A stretch of DNA of 49,569 nucleotides, from NCBI GenBank assembly GCA_031370785.1, contig JANMQY010000038.1:1-49569 (forward strand), given 5' to 3'. The notes beneath the pieces were generated by a model, which saw only the letters and a list, made by a program, of their open reading frames with translations, was not told the DNA's origin and made no database searches. This stretch comes from Candidatus Eiseniibacteriota bacterium. Lineage in GTDB: Bacteria > Eisenbacteria > RBG-16-71-46. Made by a program: the position numbers and the translations under genes. How positions within the stretch are numbered: the stretch's first letter is position 1; the number at the start of each line of letters is the position of its first letter. Below are positions 22,020 through 33,459 of the stretch, piece after piece.

Positions 22020-22736
22020 TCAGATCGCAGCCGCCCGGTCGAGCGAATCGAGCGTCGCGCAGAACTCGACGTCGCGCGCATACTCGGGACCGAGGCTGCG
22101 CAGCTCGCGCCCATGGGAAGAGCCCTGCACCAGCGAGCGCACTTCGCCGGCGTCGCGCGGAGCGAGGCGCAGCGAGAGACGCGCGGCCGGTCCCTCGAGC
22201 ACTGCACCGCGCGCGGCGAGCCGCTCGCACAACCAGCCGGCGCATGCGGCGTCCTCGAGCGCGAACCGTCCGAGCTTGCCGGCGCACACGATGCGCACCA
22301 GCGGCCGGTCGGCCAGCGCCTCGAGCACGGCCGAGGCGGTGACGAATGCGGCGAGCAGACGACGACCGCACCCCGCGATCGCGCACATCGCGTGCGAGCC
22401 GTTGGTCGAGGCGAACGCCAGCGTGCGCCCGGCGACGCGATCGGCCGTGTATTCGAACGGCGAATTCCCGAGATCGAAGCCGGGCACGATCCGCCCGTCG
22501 CGCTCGCCGCAGGCGAGCACGTCCGGCGAGCGCGCCCGAAGCGCGAGCGCCTCGTCGACCCGGGCCAGCGGAACCACGCGCTTCGCGCCTGCGGCGAGCG
22601 CGACGCTGAGCGTGGTGGTGGCGCGGAGCACATCGATCGCGACGCCGGTCCAGCGCGGCGTGGCGCGCGCCGGGGCTGCGGGGCCTGAGGGGAGGGCAGG
22701 GCCGGGGACCAGATCGACCCGGACCCGCATCCTCAT
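22020..22736 (-). CDS. comB: 2-phosphosulfolactate phosphatase family protein
   Basis: IDVLRATTT, GFDLGNSP, STNGS, FALEDAACAG. Confidence 0.9.
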   Translation of the reverse strand: MRMRVRVDLVPGPALPSGPAAPARATPRWTGVAIDVLRATTTLSVALAAGAKRVVPLARVDEALALRARSPDVLACGERDGRIVPGFDLGNSPFEYTADRVAGRTLAFASTNGSHAMCAIAGCGRRLLAAFVTASAVLEALADRPLVRIVCAGKLGRFALEDAACAGWLCERLAARGAVLEGPAARLSLRLAPRDAGEVRSLVQGSSHGRELRSLGPEYARDVEFCATLDSLDRAAAI

Positions 22737-22740
22737 GATC

Positions 22741-24099
22741 TCAGCCGGCGACCGGCTCGGGCTTGAGCAGCGCCTCGACGAAGTGGGTGTCGAGGTCTCC
22801 GGCCTGGAAACGCGGATGGCGGAGCGCGAGCTGGTGGAAGGGAATCGTGGTCTTGATCCCCTCGACGATCATCTCTTCGAGCGCGATCTCCATCCGGCGG
22901 AGCGCCTCGGGGCGATCCTTTCCGTACGCGATCAGCTTGCCGATCATCGAGTCGTAGTACGGCGGCACCGTGTAGCCCGCGTAGACGTGGCTGTCCATGC
23001 GCAGGCCGGGCCCGCCCGGCTTGTAGAAGTAGGTGATGGTGCCGGGGCTCGGACGGAAACCGTGCTCGTAGTCTTCGGCGTTGATGCGGCACTCGATCGC
23101 ATGGCCTTCCCACTCGACTTCCGCCTGGGTGAAGGACAGCTTTTCCCCGGCGGCGACCCGGATCTGCTCCTTCACCAGGTCGATGCCGGTGACTTCCTCG
23201 GTCACCGGATGCTCGACCTGGATGCGGGTATTCATCTCCATGAAGTAGAAGGAGCCGTCCTGGTCGAACAGGAATTCCATGGTGCCGGCGTTGAGATAGC
23301 CGATCGACGACGCGCCCTTCGCGGCCATCTCCCCGACCTTGAGGCGCTGGGCCTCGGACAGAAACGGGCTCGGCGCCTCCTCGATCAGCTTCTGGTGGTT
23401 GCGCTGAACCGAGCACTCCCGCTCGCCGAGGTGAATGAGATTGCCGTGCGAATCCCCGAACAGCTGGAACTCGATGTGGCGCGGACGCGCCAGGTACTTC
23501 TCGAGGTAGACCGCGTTGTTGCTGAACGCCGCCCCCGCTTCCGCCTGTGCGATGCCGAAGCCGGCGCGCAGCTGCTTCTCGTCCCACGCCACCCGCATGC
23601 CGCGCCCGCCGCCGCCGGCCGAGGCCTTGATGATGACCGGATAGCCGATGTCCTTCGCGATCCCCATCGCCTGGTCCGCATTCGGGAGCTCGCCCTCGCT
23701 TCCCGGCACCACCGGCAGTCCCGCGTCCTGCATGGTGCGTCGCGCGACCGACTTGTCGCCCATCTTGCGGATCATCTCCGGAGTCGGCCCGATGAACGTG
23801 AAGCCGCACGAGGCGCAGACCTCGGCGAAGTGCGCGTTCTCGGAGAGGAATCCGTAGCCGGGATGGATCGCGTCGGCGCCGGTGACTTCGGCTGCGGAGA
23901 TCAGGCGGGCGATGTAGTTGTAGGACTGGGCCGGGGGCGGCGGCCCGATGCACACCGACTCATCCGCGAGCCGCACGTGCAGGCTCTCGCGGTCGGCAGC
24001 GCTGAATACCGCGACGGTGGAAATCTTGAGCTCACGACAGGCGCGGATCACGCGCAGCGCAATCTCACCGCGGTTGGCGACCAGGACCTTTCGGAACAT
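22741..24099 (-). CDS. accC: Acetyl-CoA carboxylase, biotin carboxylase subunit
   Basis: [35 protein letters not shown]. Confidence 0.97.
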   Translation of the reverse strand: MFRKVLVANRGEIALRVIRACRELKISTVAVFSAADRESLHVRLADESVCIGPPPPAQSYNYIARLISAAEVTGADAIHPGYGFLSENAHFAEVCASCGFTFIGPTPEMIRKMGDKSVARRTMQDAGLPVVPGSEGELPNADQAMGIAKDIGYPVIIKASAGGGGRGMRVAWDEKQLRAGFGIAQAEAGAAFSNNAVYLEKYLARPRHIEFQLFGDSHGNLIHLGERECSVQRNHQKLIEEAPSPFLSEAQRLKVGEMAAKGASSIGYLNAGTMEFLFDQDGSFYFMEMNTRIQVEHPVTEEVTGIDLVKEQIRVAAGEKLSFTQAEVEWEGHAIECRINAEDYEHGFRPSPGTITYFYKPGGPGLRMDSHVYAGYTVPPYYDSMIGKLIAYGKDRPEALRRMEIALEEMIVEGIKTTIPFHQLALRHPRFQAGDLDTHFVEALLKPEPVAG

Positions 24100-24116
24100 T
24101 CTCCCCTATAGGAGGT

Positions 24117-25274
24117 TCAGTGAGATCCGGGGCGGCTGATGCCCGCGGAGGCCGGGTCGATGTCGCCCTTGGCGTCATCCACCGGCTGCCACATGCGATC
24201 GGAGGCTGAGTTGATGCCCTTGAGCTTGAGGCTGAGCTCGTTCGGATTGGTGCAGTTCTTGAGCGCCTCTTCCTCGGTGATCAGTCCGTCGCGCAGCAGG
24301 CCGAGCACCGACTGATCGAAGGTCTGCATGCCGTACTGGGTCACGCCCTCGGCGACCGCCGCATGCAGGAGATGCGTCTTCTCCGGATTCAGGATGTAGT
24401 CGCGGATGGTCGGAGTGCTGACCATGATCTCGCACGCCGGCACGCGGCCGGTGCCGTCCTTGCGCGGAATCAGTCGTTGCGACACGACCGCGCGCAGGTT
24501 CGAGGAGATCGAAAGGCGGATCTCGTCGTGCTGGTGCGGCGGATAGAACGAGACGATGCGCTGCAGGGTCTGGACCACGTCGGTGGTGTGCAGCGTCGAC
24601 ATGACCAGGTGGCCGGTGTCGGCCGCCATCAGCGCCGTGCTGATGGTGTCCAGGTTGCGGATCTCGCCCACCAGGATGATATCGGGGTCCTGACGCAGAA
24701 CGTACTTGAGGCCGTCCTGGAACGAATGCGTGTCGAGGCCCACCTCGCGCTGGTGAATGAAGGACATCCGGTCGCGGTGGAGGAACTCGATCGGGTCCTC
24801 GACCGTGATCACGTTGCGTGTCGTCACCCGGTTGATGCTGTCGATCATCGCGGCCAGCGTGGTCGACTTGCCCGATCCGGTGCGCCCGGTGACCAGCACC
24901 AGGCCGCGCGGGATGAACGCCAGCTCGCGGACCGCCTGCGGCAGGTGCAGGTCGTCGAGTGAGGGCACCTCGACCGGCACGTGGCGCAGCGCCAGCGCGG
25001 GAGTGCCGCGCTGCATGAAAATGTTGGCTCGGAAACGCGCCAGCCCCGAGACCCCGAACGCGAAGTCGATCTCGTTGTGGGTCGAGAAGAACAGGCGCTG
25101 CTCCTCGTTGAGCAGCTGATCCGAGACGTCGCGCAGGTCCTGCGCGCTCGGCGCAGGCTCGTCCAGTGTGTACAGGACGCCGTCGACGCGCACGACTGGA
25201 GGTGTGCCGGCCTTCAGGTGCAGATCGCTGGCCCTGGCCGCGATCATCTTCTCCAGCACGGTCCGAATATTCAT
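24117..25274 (-). CDS. pilT: PilT/PilU-family type IV pilus retraction ATPase
   Basis: ASDLHL, Walker A GRTGSGKST, TVEDPIE, LRQDPDIILVGEIR, TGHLVMSTLHT, GMQTFDQ. Confidence 0.9.
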   Translation of the reverse strand: MNIRTVLEKMIAARASDLHLKAGTPPVVRVDGVLYTLDEPAPSAQDLRDVSDQLLNEEQRLFFSTHNEIDFAFGVSGLARFRANIFMQRGTPALALRHVPVEVPSLDDLHLPQAVRELAFIPRGLVLVTGRTGSGKSTTLAAMIDSINRVTTRNVITVEDPIEFLHRDRMSFIHQREVGLDTHSFQDGLKYVLRQDPDIILVGEIRNLDTISTALMAADTGHLVMSTLHTTDVVQTLQRIVSFYPPHQHDEIRLSISSNLRAVVSQRLIPRKDGTGRVPACEIMVSTPTIRDYILNPEKTHLLHAAVAEGVTQYGMQTFDQSVLGLLRDGLITEEEALKNCTNPNELSLKLKGINSASDRMWQPVDDAKGDIDPASAGISRPGSH

Positions 25275-25311
25275 GTCGTCGAGTCCTTGCGCGTTGAGCG
25301 CAACGCCGCCG

Positions 25312-25782
25312 TCAGACGGGTTCCACCAGGAACAGCCGTTGCCCGAATTCGACCGGCTGGGCGTTCTCCACCAGGATCTTGACGACTCGACCGCGCACTT
25401 CGGACTCGATCTCGTTCATGAGCTTCATCGCCTCGATGATGCAGACCGTCTGCCCCACCTCGACGATATCGCCCACTTCCACGTATTGATCTGCGTCCGG
25501 CGCGGGCGCCCGGTAGAAGGTGCCCACCATCGGGGAAGTGATCGCAACGTGGTGCTCGACCGCGGGAGCGGCGCCGGCCGCGGATGTCGGAGCGTTGTTC
25601 CCGGAGGCCGTACCTGCGGGAGTGGGCGCCCCCGAAGGGTACGTCACGCTCACCGGAGAGCCGGCATGCGCCGAGATACGCACCGTCCGGCCGCCCGAGC
25701 TGATCTCCAACTCGCCGATACCGGTCCGCTGCACCAGCCGGATGAGCCGCCGGACTTCCGACAGACCGATCCCGCCAAGCAT
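25312..25782 (-). CDS. accB: Biotin carboxyl carrier protein
   Basis: SPMVGTFY and the EAMKLMN biotinylation motif. Start is uncertain (ATG 25782, or GTG 25878 further upstream). Confidence 0.92.
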   Translation of the reverse strand: MLGGIGLSEVRRLIRLVQRTGIGELEISSGGRTVRISAHAGSPVSVTYPSGAPTPAGTASGNNAPTSAAGAAPAVEHHVAITSPMVGTFYRAPAPDADQYVEVGDIVEVGQTVCIIEAMKLMNEIESEVRGRVVKILVENAQPVEFGQRLFLVEPV

Positions 25783-25861
25783 CACGTCCCCCGAATTATC
25801 GGTAGGTCGGACCGGTGACTTGACCGGTTTTGGGGTTTTCTCACCCCTCCCGGGCGGGGAC

Positions 25862-26311
25862 TTACGCTTTGCGGCCACGGTCCAGATGTCCGGCAAGTGC
25901 GCGCAGCCCGAGTGTGTAGCTGTCCGGACCGAAACCCTGGACGACGCCGAGCGCGACAGCCGAGATCAGCGAGCGTTGGCGGAACGACTCCCGGGCGTGG
26001 GGATTGGACACATGCACCTCGATCACGGGAAGACCGGTCGCCAGGACGGCGTCACGCAGCACGACGCTGGTGTGGGTGAGGCCTCCCGGGTTCAGCAGGA
26101 CCCCGTGAAGTCGACCCCGCGCGCCGTAGAGCGCGTCGATGAGCACGCCTTCGTGGTTGCTCTGAAGCGTTTCGATCTCGCATCCCAGCTCGACGGCCAG
26201 CGCCTGCAAGCGGCGCTCGACCTGCTCCAGCGTGGCGTCACCGTAGACTTCCGGCTCGCGCGTGCCCAGTGCGTTGAGATTCGGACCGTGCAGGACCAGA
26301 ATGCGATGCAT
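25862..26311 (-). CDS. aroQ: Type II 3-dehydroquinate dehydratase
   Basis: [37 protein letters not shown]. Confidence 0.96.
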   Translation of the reverse strand: MHRILVLHGPNLNALGTREPEVYGDATLEQVERRLQALAVELGCEIETLQSNHEGVLIDALYGARGRLHGVLLNPGGLTHTSVVLRDAVLATGLPVIEVHVSNPHARESFRQRSLISAVALGVVQGFGPDSYTLGLRALAGHLDRGRKA

Positions 26312-26336
26312 CGAGCCTCATTCGTGGCCCGCGGCA

Positions 26337-27440
26337 TCAGACCACGGCCCCGGCTTCGCGCAAAGCCGCCCGCACGAGGCGGCCGGAGATCAGGCGCGGC
26401 ACGCTAGCATGGCCAATTCGAGGCGTCAACACCCAGCGCACCCCGTTCGCGCCACGCTTCTTGTCCCTTAGCATCGCTGCGAGGAGATCCGCGAGCGGTG
26501 TGGGCGGCATGGTGCGCGGCAGGTCGAGCGCATCGAGCACCGATTCGAGTCGGGCACGCGACGTGGGCGCGAGTCCGGCTTCGCGCTCGCTCAGGCGGGC
26601 GGCCACGCGCATCCCGATCGCCACCGCCTCGCCATGCCGGATGGCACGGTAGCCGCGTGCGGCTTCGATCGCGTGGCCGAGCGTGTGGCCGAAGTTGAGC
26701 GCGGTGCGCGCTCCGCCCTCCCGCTCGCGCTCGTCGCGCCGCACCACCCGCGCCTTGACCCGGATCGCGCGCGACACCGCCTCGGCGAGCGCCGCACCTT
26801 CGCCCGAGGCGAGCGCCTTTGCGTTGCGCTCGGCCCACGCAAACAGGGTCGAGTCACACGCCATCCCCATCTTGACCACCTCGGCGAGCCCGGCGCGGCG
26901 TTCGCGAACGGGCAGCGTCGCCAGCAGGCGTGGATCCACCAGCACGCCCGCCGGCTGGTGAAACGCTCCGACCAGGTTCTTGCCCGCGGCGAGGTCGATC
27001 CCGGTCTTGCCGCCCACGCTGCTGTCCACCTGGGCGAGCAGCGAAGTGGGTGCTCCGATCCAGGCGACGCCGCGCAGCCAGCTCGCGGCCGCGAACCCGG
27101 CGAGGTCCCCGACTACGCCGCCGCCGAGCGCCACCACCACGTCGCCCCGCGCGAGATCCAGCGCCGCGAAGTGCTCCCATAGCCGATCGAGAACCGCGGT
27201 GCGCTTGGAGCGCTCCCCGGCGGGCACGGTGATCAGGGTCGCGGCGATGCGGGCCCGCGCCAGCGCACGCACCGCGCGGGCGCCATACAACGCCGCGACG
27301 TTGGTGTCGCTGATCACCGCTGCGCGCGTGGCTCCGGTCAGGTCACGGGTGAATGCGCCGAGCCCATCGAGCGCGCCGGAGGCGATGCGGACGCGCGAGC
27401 GCGCGGCGCGCGGAGGATAGCGAAGGGGAAGGTCGGCCAT
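26337..27440 (-). CDS. aroB: 3-dehydroquinate synthase
   Basis: GGGVVGDLAGF, QVDSSVGGKTG, LNFGHTLGHAIE, HGEAV. Start at MADLP. Confidence 0.95.
   Translation of the reverse strand: MADLPLRYPPRAARSRVRIASGALDGLGAFTRDLTGATRAAVISDTNVAALYGARAVRALARARIAATLITVPAGERSKRTAVLDRLWEHFAALDLARGDVVVALGGGVVGDLAGFAAASWLRGVAWIGAPTSLLAQVDSSVGGKTGIDLAAGKNLVGAFHQPAGVLVDPRLLATLPVRERRAGLAEVVKMGMACDSTLFAWAERNAKALASGEGAALAEAVSRAIRVKARVVRRDEREREGGARTALNFGHTLGHAIEAARGYRAIRHGEAVAIGMRVAARLSEREAGLAPTSRARLESVLDALDLPRTMPPTPLADLLAAMLRDKKRGANGVRWVLTPRIGHASVPRLISGRLVRAALREAGAVV
26401..26429 (-). promoter_or_regulatory. Internal sigma70 promoter inside the aroB 3' end, upstream of aroQ-accB-pilT-accC
   Basis: TTGACG-N17-TAGCGT with TGn. 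Confidence 0.5.
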
Positions 27441-27541
27441 GCGCGGGGCAGTATACGCAACCGCGCCGGAGACCCAAGCGGCGCGCTCAGGGAGAGGTGG
27501 TGCGTGGGGCGCCCCCCTCCAGGACCGGGCCGTCACCTGCT

Positions 27542-28735
27542 CTAAGGAGGGGTTGCGGTGCCCTGGCTCTTGAGCGACTGCAGCTGCTGATTGAGGCGCT
27601 GAATCTGGCGCTCGATCTCGGCGATGCGCGGCTTCTCCGCGCCGCCACCCTGCCCGATCTCGCCGACCGCCCACACCGGCGCGGCGTCGGGCGACTCGGA
27701 GAGCACGACCCGTCCGACTTTCTGCAGGTCGTTCCTCGCCCACACCAGGTCCACGCTGGTTCCGGGATGGCTCGCCGAGATCCAGCGCGCCAGCTGCTCG
27801 GGATACTCGACGCGCTCGCGATCGAAGCCGACGATGAGATCGCCGCTGCGAATGCCGACGCGCTCGGCCGGGCCGCCCGAGACCACGCTCTCGACCAGCG
27901 CACCGAGCGGGACGTGCACGCCGGCCTCGGTGTCGCTCTCGATGACCGCGAGGCGGGTAGTGACGCCGAGGTAGCCGTGGCGCACCCGGCCCTCGCGCCG
28001 CAGGCTCTCGTAGACCGGACGGACGGTCTCGAGCGGAATCACGAAGCTCGCGCCGCCCATCCGCGGCGCATCGAGCCCGCCGACGAGATCCCGAGCGCTC
28101 AGGTCACCCTGCACGATGCCGACCAGCTCGCCGCGGGTGTTGAGCGCCGCGCCGCCGCTGTTGCCCGGCACCACGGTGTTGGTGAGCTGGAGGAGTGCGA
28201 AGCGCGGCTCGCGATGCAGGTAGGCGACGTTGCCCACCGACTGGGTGGGCTGGGCGCCGTAGGTCGTGCCCAGTGCGATCACCCAGTCGCCAAGCTGCGG
28301 GCCGCGTCCACCCGCCATCGGCAGCGGCGGAAGGCGCAGGCCCGGCACGCGCAGCAGCGCGAGATTGAAGATCGGATCGTAGCCGACCAGAGTCGCCTCG
28401 GCCTGCAGGCCATTGGCGGTCTGCACCAGGATATGCTGAGCGCCCTGCACGACGCTCGCGGTGGTGAGCAGCGCGCCCTCTTCAACCGCCACCCCGGAAC
28501 CAACCCGGGTGTGCGTGCGGCGCACGATGCGACCGTTGCGGGCCTTGACCTCGACCGGTCGCTGCGCAAGGACCGTGACCAGCGAAGGGCGAGCGCGGGT
28601 CGCGATCTGATCCACGTCCGCCTGCAGCGCGTTCAGCGAAGCCTGCGCGCCGGCCACCGCGGGAAGCAGCAGCACGGCGAGGAGCGCATGGCACCAGGCT
28701 CGATACCAGGGCCCGGAGTGACACAGCGCGCGCAT
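27542..28735 (-). CDS. HtrA/DegP-family trypsin-like protein with one PDZ domain; catalytic His and Asp substituted
   Basis: Signal peptide, VGSGV, TTASVV (vs TNxHVV), DPIFNLA (vs DxxxDLA), PGNSGG, GYLGV PDZ loop, C-terminal coiled coil. Confidence 0.85.
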   Translation of the reverse strand: MRALCHSGPWYRAWCHALLAVLLLPAVAGAQASLNALQADVDQIATRARPSLVTVLAQRPVEVKARNGRIVRRTHTRVGSGVAVEEGALLTTASVVQGAQHILVQTANGLQAEATLVGYDPIFNLALLRVPGLRLPPLPMAGGRGPQLGDWVIALGTTYGAQPTQSVGNVAYLHREPRFALLQLTNTVVPGNSGGAALNTRGELVGIVQGDLSARDLVGGLDAPRMGGASFVIPLETVRPVYESLRREGRVRHGYLGVTTRLAVIESDTEAGVHVPLGALVESVVSGGPAERVGIRSGDLIVGFDRERVEYPEQLARWISASHPGTSVDLVWARNDLQKVGRVVLSESPDAAPVWAVGEIGQGGGAEKPRIAEIERQIQRLNQQLQSLKSQGTATPP

Positions 28736-28743
28736 GCGAAACC

Positions 28744-29346
28744 TCAGAAGGTGATCGAGGCGCGCTCGCCCTGCACGCCCATCGTCGAGGGAGCAAGCGA
28801 ACGGACGCGACCGCGCTTGAGGGTCACCGGATCGAGGATGAACTCGACGTCCTCGCTGTGGTCGAACAGGCTGTCCGAGATCACCGTCCGGGCGAGCTGC
28901 GAGGCGCCGACGCCGTGTTCGCGCGCCGGCTCATGAACGCCGCTGCGCTCGGGAGTGATGGCCGCCGGGTCGTGCACTGCGACCGGAGCGGCCGGACGCG
29001 TGCCCTCCCGAGGCGTGACGTTGAACCACGGGGCGATGCTCACGAGCGCGAGCACCGCGAGTGCGGCCGCCGCGGTCACCGGCACCCAGCGCAAGCCCTT
29101 CCCCGCGACGCGGTCGGGCGCCGGCGAGACACGCCGCGCCCTTGCCAGCACGCGATCGACCAGATCGGGCGCGGCTTCCGTGCGCGGCAGGCTTCCCATC
29201 AGCTCGAGCGTGCGGCTGAAGACTTCGTATTCGCTGCGGCACTCATCGCAGGCGGTGAAGTGCTGCTCGAGCGCTTCGCGCTCCGCCTGCGTCGTTTCGT
29301 CGTCCCAGTAGGCTCCGAAGAGCTCCCGGACCTGGGCACATTTCAT
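28744..29346 (-). CDS. Zinc-binding (ZAS/zf-HC2) transmembrane anti-sigma factor
   Basis: HFTACDEC (HxxxCxxC) and one TM helix. ATGA overlap with the sigma factor stop. Confidence 0.85.
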   Translation of the reverse strand: MKCAQVRELFGAYWDDETTQAEREALEQHFTACDECRSEYEVFSRTLELMGSLPRTEAAPDLVDRVLARARRVSPAPDRVAGKGLRWVPVTAAAALAVLALVSIAPWFNVTPREGTRPAAPVAVHDPAAITPERSGVHEPAREHGVGASQLARTVISDSLFDHSEDVEFILDPVTLKRGRVRSLAPSTMGVQGERASITF

Positions 29347-29978
29347 GGCTGACCTTCTCGCTTGAGTAGCGGTTGGATTTTGCGCTTCAACATGCTCCTC
29401 GCGCGGTTGATGCGCGAACGCACCGTCCCGCCGGGGATGTTGAGCACCTGTGCGATCTCCTCGTATGCCAGACCCTCGATGTCCCGCAGCACCAGCGCGA
29501 GCCGGTACTTCTCGGGCACCGTTGCGATGGCGTGTCCGACGGCCTTCTGGAGCTGTTCGCGCTCCATGGCGCTTTCGCGCCCCTCCGTCGGATCCGCCAG
29601 CTGGATCGCGCTGTCCTTCAGCACTTCCTGCAACGCATCCAGACTGAACCAGTTTCGGCGCCGCACCCTCCGCCGGATCTCGTTCTTCGCGAGATTGGCG
29701 GCGATGGTGAAGAGCCAGGTCGAGAACTTCGATCCGCGGCGATAATTCCGCCGATGAACGAAGACCCGGATGAAAACTTCCTGCGCGAGGTCGTCCGCGC
29801 ACTCGCGGTCGTTCAACACGCGGCTCACGAGGTTGGTCACGCGCCCCTGATAGCGACGCACCAGCTCGGGAAACGCGCGCTCTTCGTCCTCCGCGACCCG
29901 GCCCATGAGATCTTCGTCGGACAGACTCAGGATCGAAGGCGGAGCGGGATCGCGGTCAGACGCCACGGAGTCGTTCAC
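29343..29978 (-). CDS. ECF RNA polymerase sigma factor (RpoE/SigW-like)
   Basis: DDLAQEVF, KFSTWLFTIAAN, EGLAYEEIA, GTVRSRINRAR. Confidence 0.93.
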   Translation of the reverse strand: MNDSVASDRDPAPPSILSLSDEDLMGRVAEDEERAFPELVRRYQGRVTNLVSRVLNDRECADDLAQEVFIRVFVHRRNYRRGSKFSTWLFTIAANLAKNEIRRRVRRRNWFSLDALQEVLKDSAIQLADPTEGRESAMEREQLQKAVGHAIATVPEKYRLALVLRDIEGLAYEEIAQVLNIPGGTVRSRINRARSMLKRKIQPLLKREGQP

Positions 29979-29986
29979 CCTGTGTA

Positions 29987-30013
29987 GTTACCCCATGCGC
30001 GCAAACGAGTTCC
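29987..30013 (-). promoter_or_regulatory. Candidate autoregulatory ECF promoter
   Basis: GGAACT-N16-GTAAC, 8 nt upstream of the sigma GTG start. Confidence 0.55.
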
Positions 30014-30020
30014 ATGTGGC

Positions 30021-31691
30021 TCACCGAACCCCGATCAGCTTCGCCTTGAGTCGCTCGTTGGCCCGGTCGCCCGCGAGGCTCAGACGGTACTGCTCGCGTG
30101 CCAGATCGTTGAGACGCAACTCTTTGTAGACGTCTCCCAGGTGCTCGTGGACGACCACGTCCCCGCCGGTCAGCACCACGGCCCGCTCCAGCTCGCGGCG
30201 AGCCTCGGTGAAGCGGCCGAGCCGGTAGTAGACCCAGCCCATGGAATCGAGGTACGCGCCGTTGCCCGGGTCGTGCTCGAGCGCCCGCCGGATCAGGCGC
30301 TCGGCCTCCTCGAGGTTGCGATTGTGATCGGCGAACAGGTAGCCGAGCGAGTTGAGCGCCGAGGGATTCTCGGGCTCGCGCCTGAGGAGGTCGCGAACCG
30401 CCTGCTCTGCCCCGTCGAGATCTCCCATCTGTTCGCGGCAGTAGGCGAGGTCGAGTGCCGCCCTGCCGTTCTGCGGGAAGACCTTCAGCACCTGGACCCA
30501 GATGCTCTCCGCCTCGGCCCATCGCTTCGCACCCTGATCGATGCGGGCCAGCAGCACGTGAGTCTGAAGCGACTCGGGAGCCAGAGCCACGGCGCGGCGT
30601 GCGTGGGCAAGCGCAGACGGGATCTTCTCGGCGAGCGCATCCGCACGACCGGCCAGCATCGCGCCCTCGAACCGACCGGGATGACGCGCCGCCCAGCCCT
30701 CGGCCAGCTCGGCGGCATCCGCGGCGCGCTGATGGCGCGCCAGCACGGTGACGATCCGGCCCTGCACCTCGACATCCTCGGCGTGCGCGCGACGGAGCCG
30801 ATCGAGGATCCCGCGCCCTTCGGCGACCTGTCCGGCAAACAGCGCGAGATCCGCTTCGATGAACTGCGAATCCACGTCGCCCTCGCGCGAGCGCGAAACG
30901 ATCTGCGACTCGCGATAGGCTTCCGGATAGCGCCTGCCGCCGACCAGCAGATTGACCAGTCGGCGTCTCGTCACCTGATCCGTGTCGTGAATGCGCAGAT
31001 GACTCCGGTAGAGCTCGATCGCTGCGGCGGCGTGCCCGAGGCTCTCCTGGATCCAGCCCTGCAGGAAGAACAGGCCAGGGCGCGAGGCATTCAGCTGGAT
31101 CGAGCGGGCGAGCGCGCTGTCCGCCTGCTCGAAATGCGCGAGGCGGGCCTCGGCCGCGGCGAGCTGGAACCACGCCTCGGCGTCCCCCTCGTCCAGCTCG
31201 ACTACTCGCTGGTACGCGTCGCGCACGACCTCGAGCCGGTCGAGTTGCTCGGCGACCCGCGCGAGGCTCAGCGCGTAGTCGACGCGCTGACTGTCGGCGC
31301 GCGTGGCCGCGGTCAGGGCTTCGAGCGACTCTTCGCTGCGCCCGAGATTGAACAGGGCCGAGCCGCGCAGCCATTGCCCACGCGCGTTGCCGGGCTCTGC
31401 CGCCAGAGCCCGGTCGGCAAACTCGAGCGAACGGGCCGCGTCACCCTGGCGCGCGGTCAGGTCGGACAGGTGGAGCGGGATCTGTGGGGAGTCGGGGTCG
31501 AGCGAGAGCGCGCGGGAGTACTCGGTGATCGCACCGGGAACGTCCCCGCGCTCGTCGAGGAGGCGGGCGAGCGCATAGTGGCGCAGCGCCTCCAGGCTCA
31601 CGTACGCGCCGGGCGAACCGGACGGACGTGCCTCTGGGAACGCAGCCGTCGCGGCCGTCACCAGCAGGGTGCTCGCGACGATCCACATCAT
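30021..31691 (-). CDS. Exported tetratricopeptide repeat protein
   Basis: Signal peptide and many TPRs. C-terminal ALNSLGYLFAD...YLDSMGWVYY...EHLGDVY. Start at ATG 31691 (alternative 31709). Confidence 0.85.
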   Translation of the reverse strand: MMWIVASTLLVTAATAAFPEARPSGSPGAYVSLEALRHYALARLLDERGDVPGAITEYSRALSLDPDSPQIPLHLSDLTARQGDAARSLEFADRALAAEPGNARGQWLRGSALFNLGRSEESLEALTAATRADSQRVDYALSLARVAEQLDRLEVVRDAYQRVVELDEGDAEAWFQLAAAEARLAHFEQADSALARSIQLNASRPGLFFLQGWIQESLGHAAAAIELYRSHLRIHDTDQVTRRRLVNLLVGGRRYPEAYRESQIVSRSREGDVDSQFIEADLALFAGQVAEGRGILDRLRRAHAEDVEVQGRIVTVLARHQRAADAAELAEGWAARHPGRFEGAMLAGRADALAEKIPSALAHARRAVALAPESLQTHVLLARIDQGAKRWAEAESIWVQVLKVFPQNGRAALDLAYCREQMGDLDGAEQAVRDLLRREPENPSALNSLGYLFADHNRNLEEAERLIRRALEHDPGNGAYLDSMGWVYYRLGRFTEARRELERAVVLTGGDVVVHEHLGDVYKELRLNDLAREQYRLSLAGDRANERLKAKLIGVR

Positions 31692-31838
31692 GATCAGAAA
31701 GCCTAGCATGCGAGCTCCGCACGCCGCCAATGCGCCCGCAATCGATGCGCAGTACGAATCGCGCCGATTCCGGGTAGAGTGTTCGGGAATGCGCGTGGTA
31801 AACCTCACCACCGATTCGTGGAACGAGGGGGATATCGG

Positions 31839-33251
<1,413 letters not shown>

Positions 33252-33432
33252 CCACTCCCGACAAACTCAACGCTGACAGACGGTTCGGCTGGAACGCCCG
33301 ACCGGGTCGGGGTCTTTCCGTCCCATCTCGCGCGGGATCGCGCATGCCTGCCGACCGTTTTGGAGCGCCGGCAATCCCGCGAAGACGCTGAGGCCCAACC
33401 GCTTCAAGATAATTTCAGGGATGCCGGTGCTC

Positions 33433-33449
33433 TTGGCACCGTCGGTGCT
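33433..33449 (+). promoter_or_regulatory. sigma54 (-24/-12) promoter
   Basis: TTGGCAC-CGTCG-GTGCT has exact GG-N10-GC spacing and one mismatch to TGGCAC-N5-TTGC. An AT-rich patch lies upstream at 33403-33417. Confidence 0.7.
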
Positions 33450-33459
33450 CTTGTACGTG

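Noticed and set aside
22020..22736. comB as evidence of coenzyme M biosynthesis
   Set aside because: ComB-family phosphatases are widespread in bacteria, and no comA/comC/comDE genes are present in the window.
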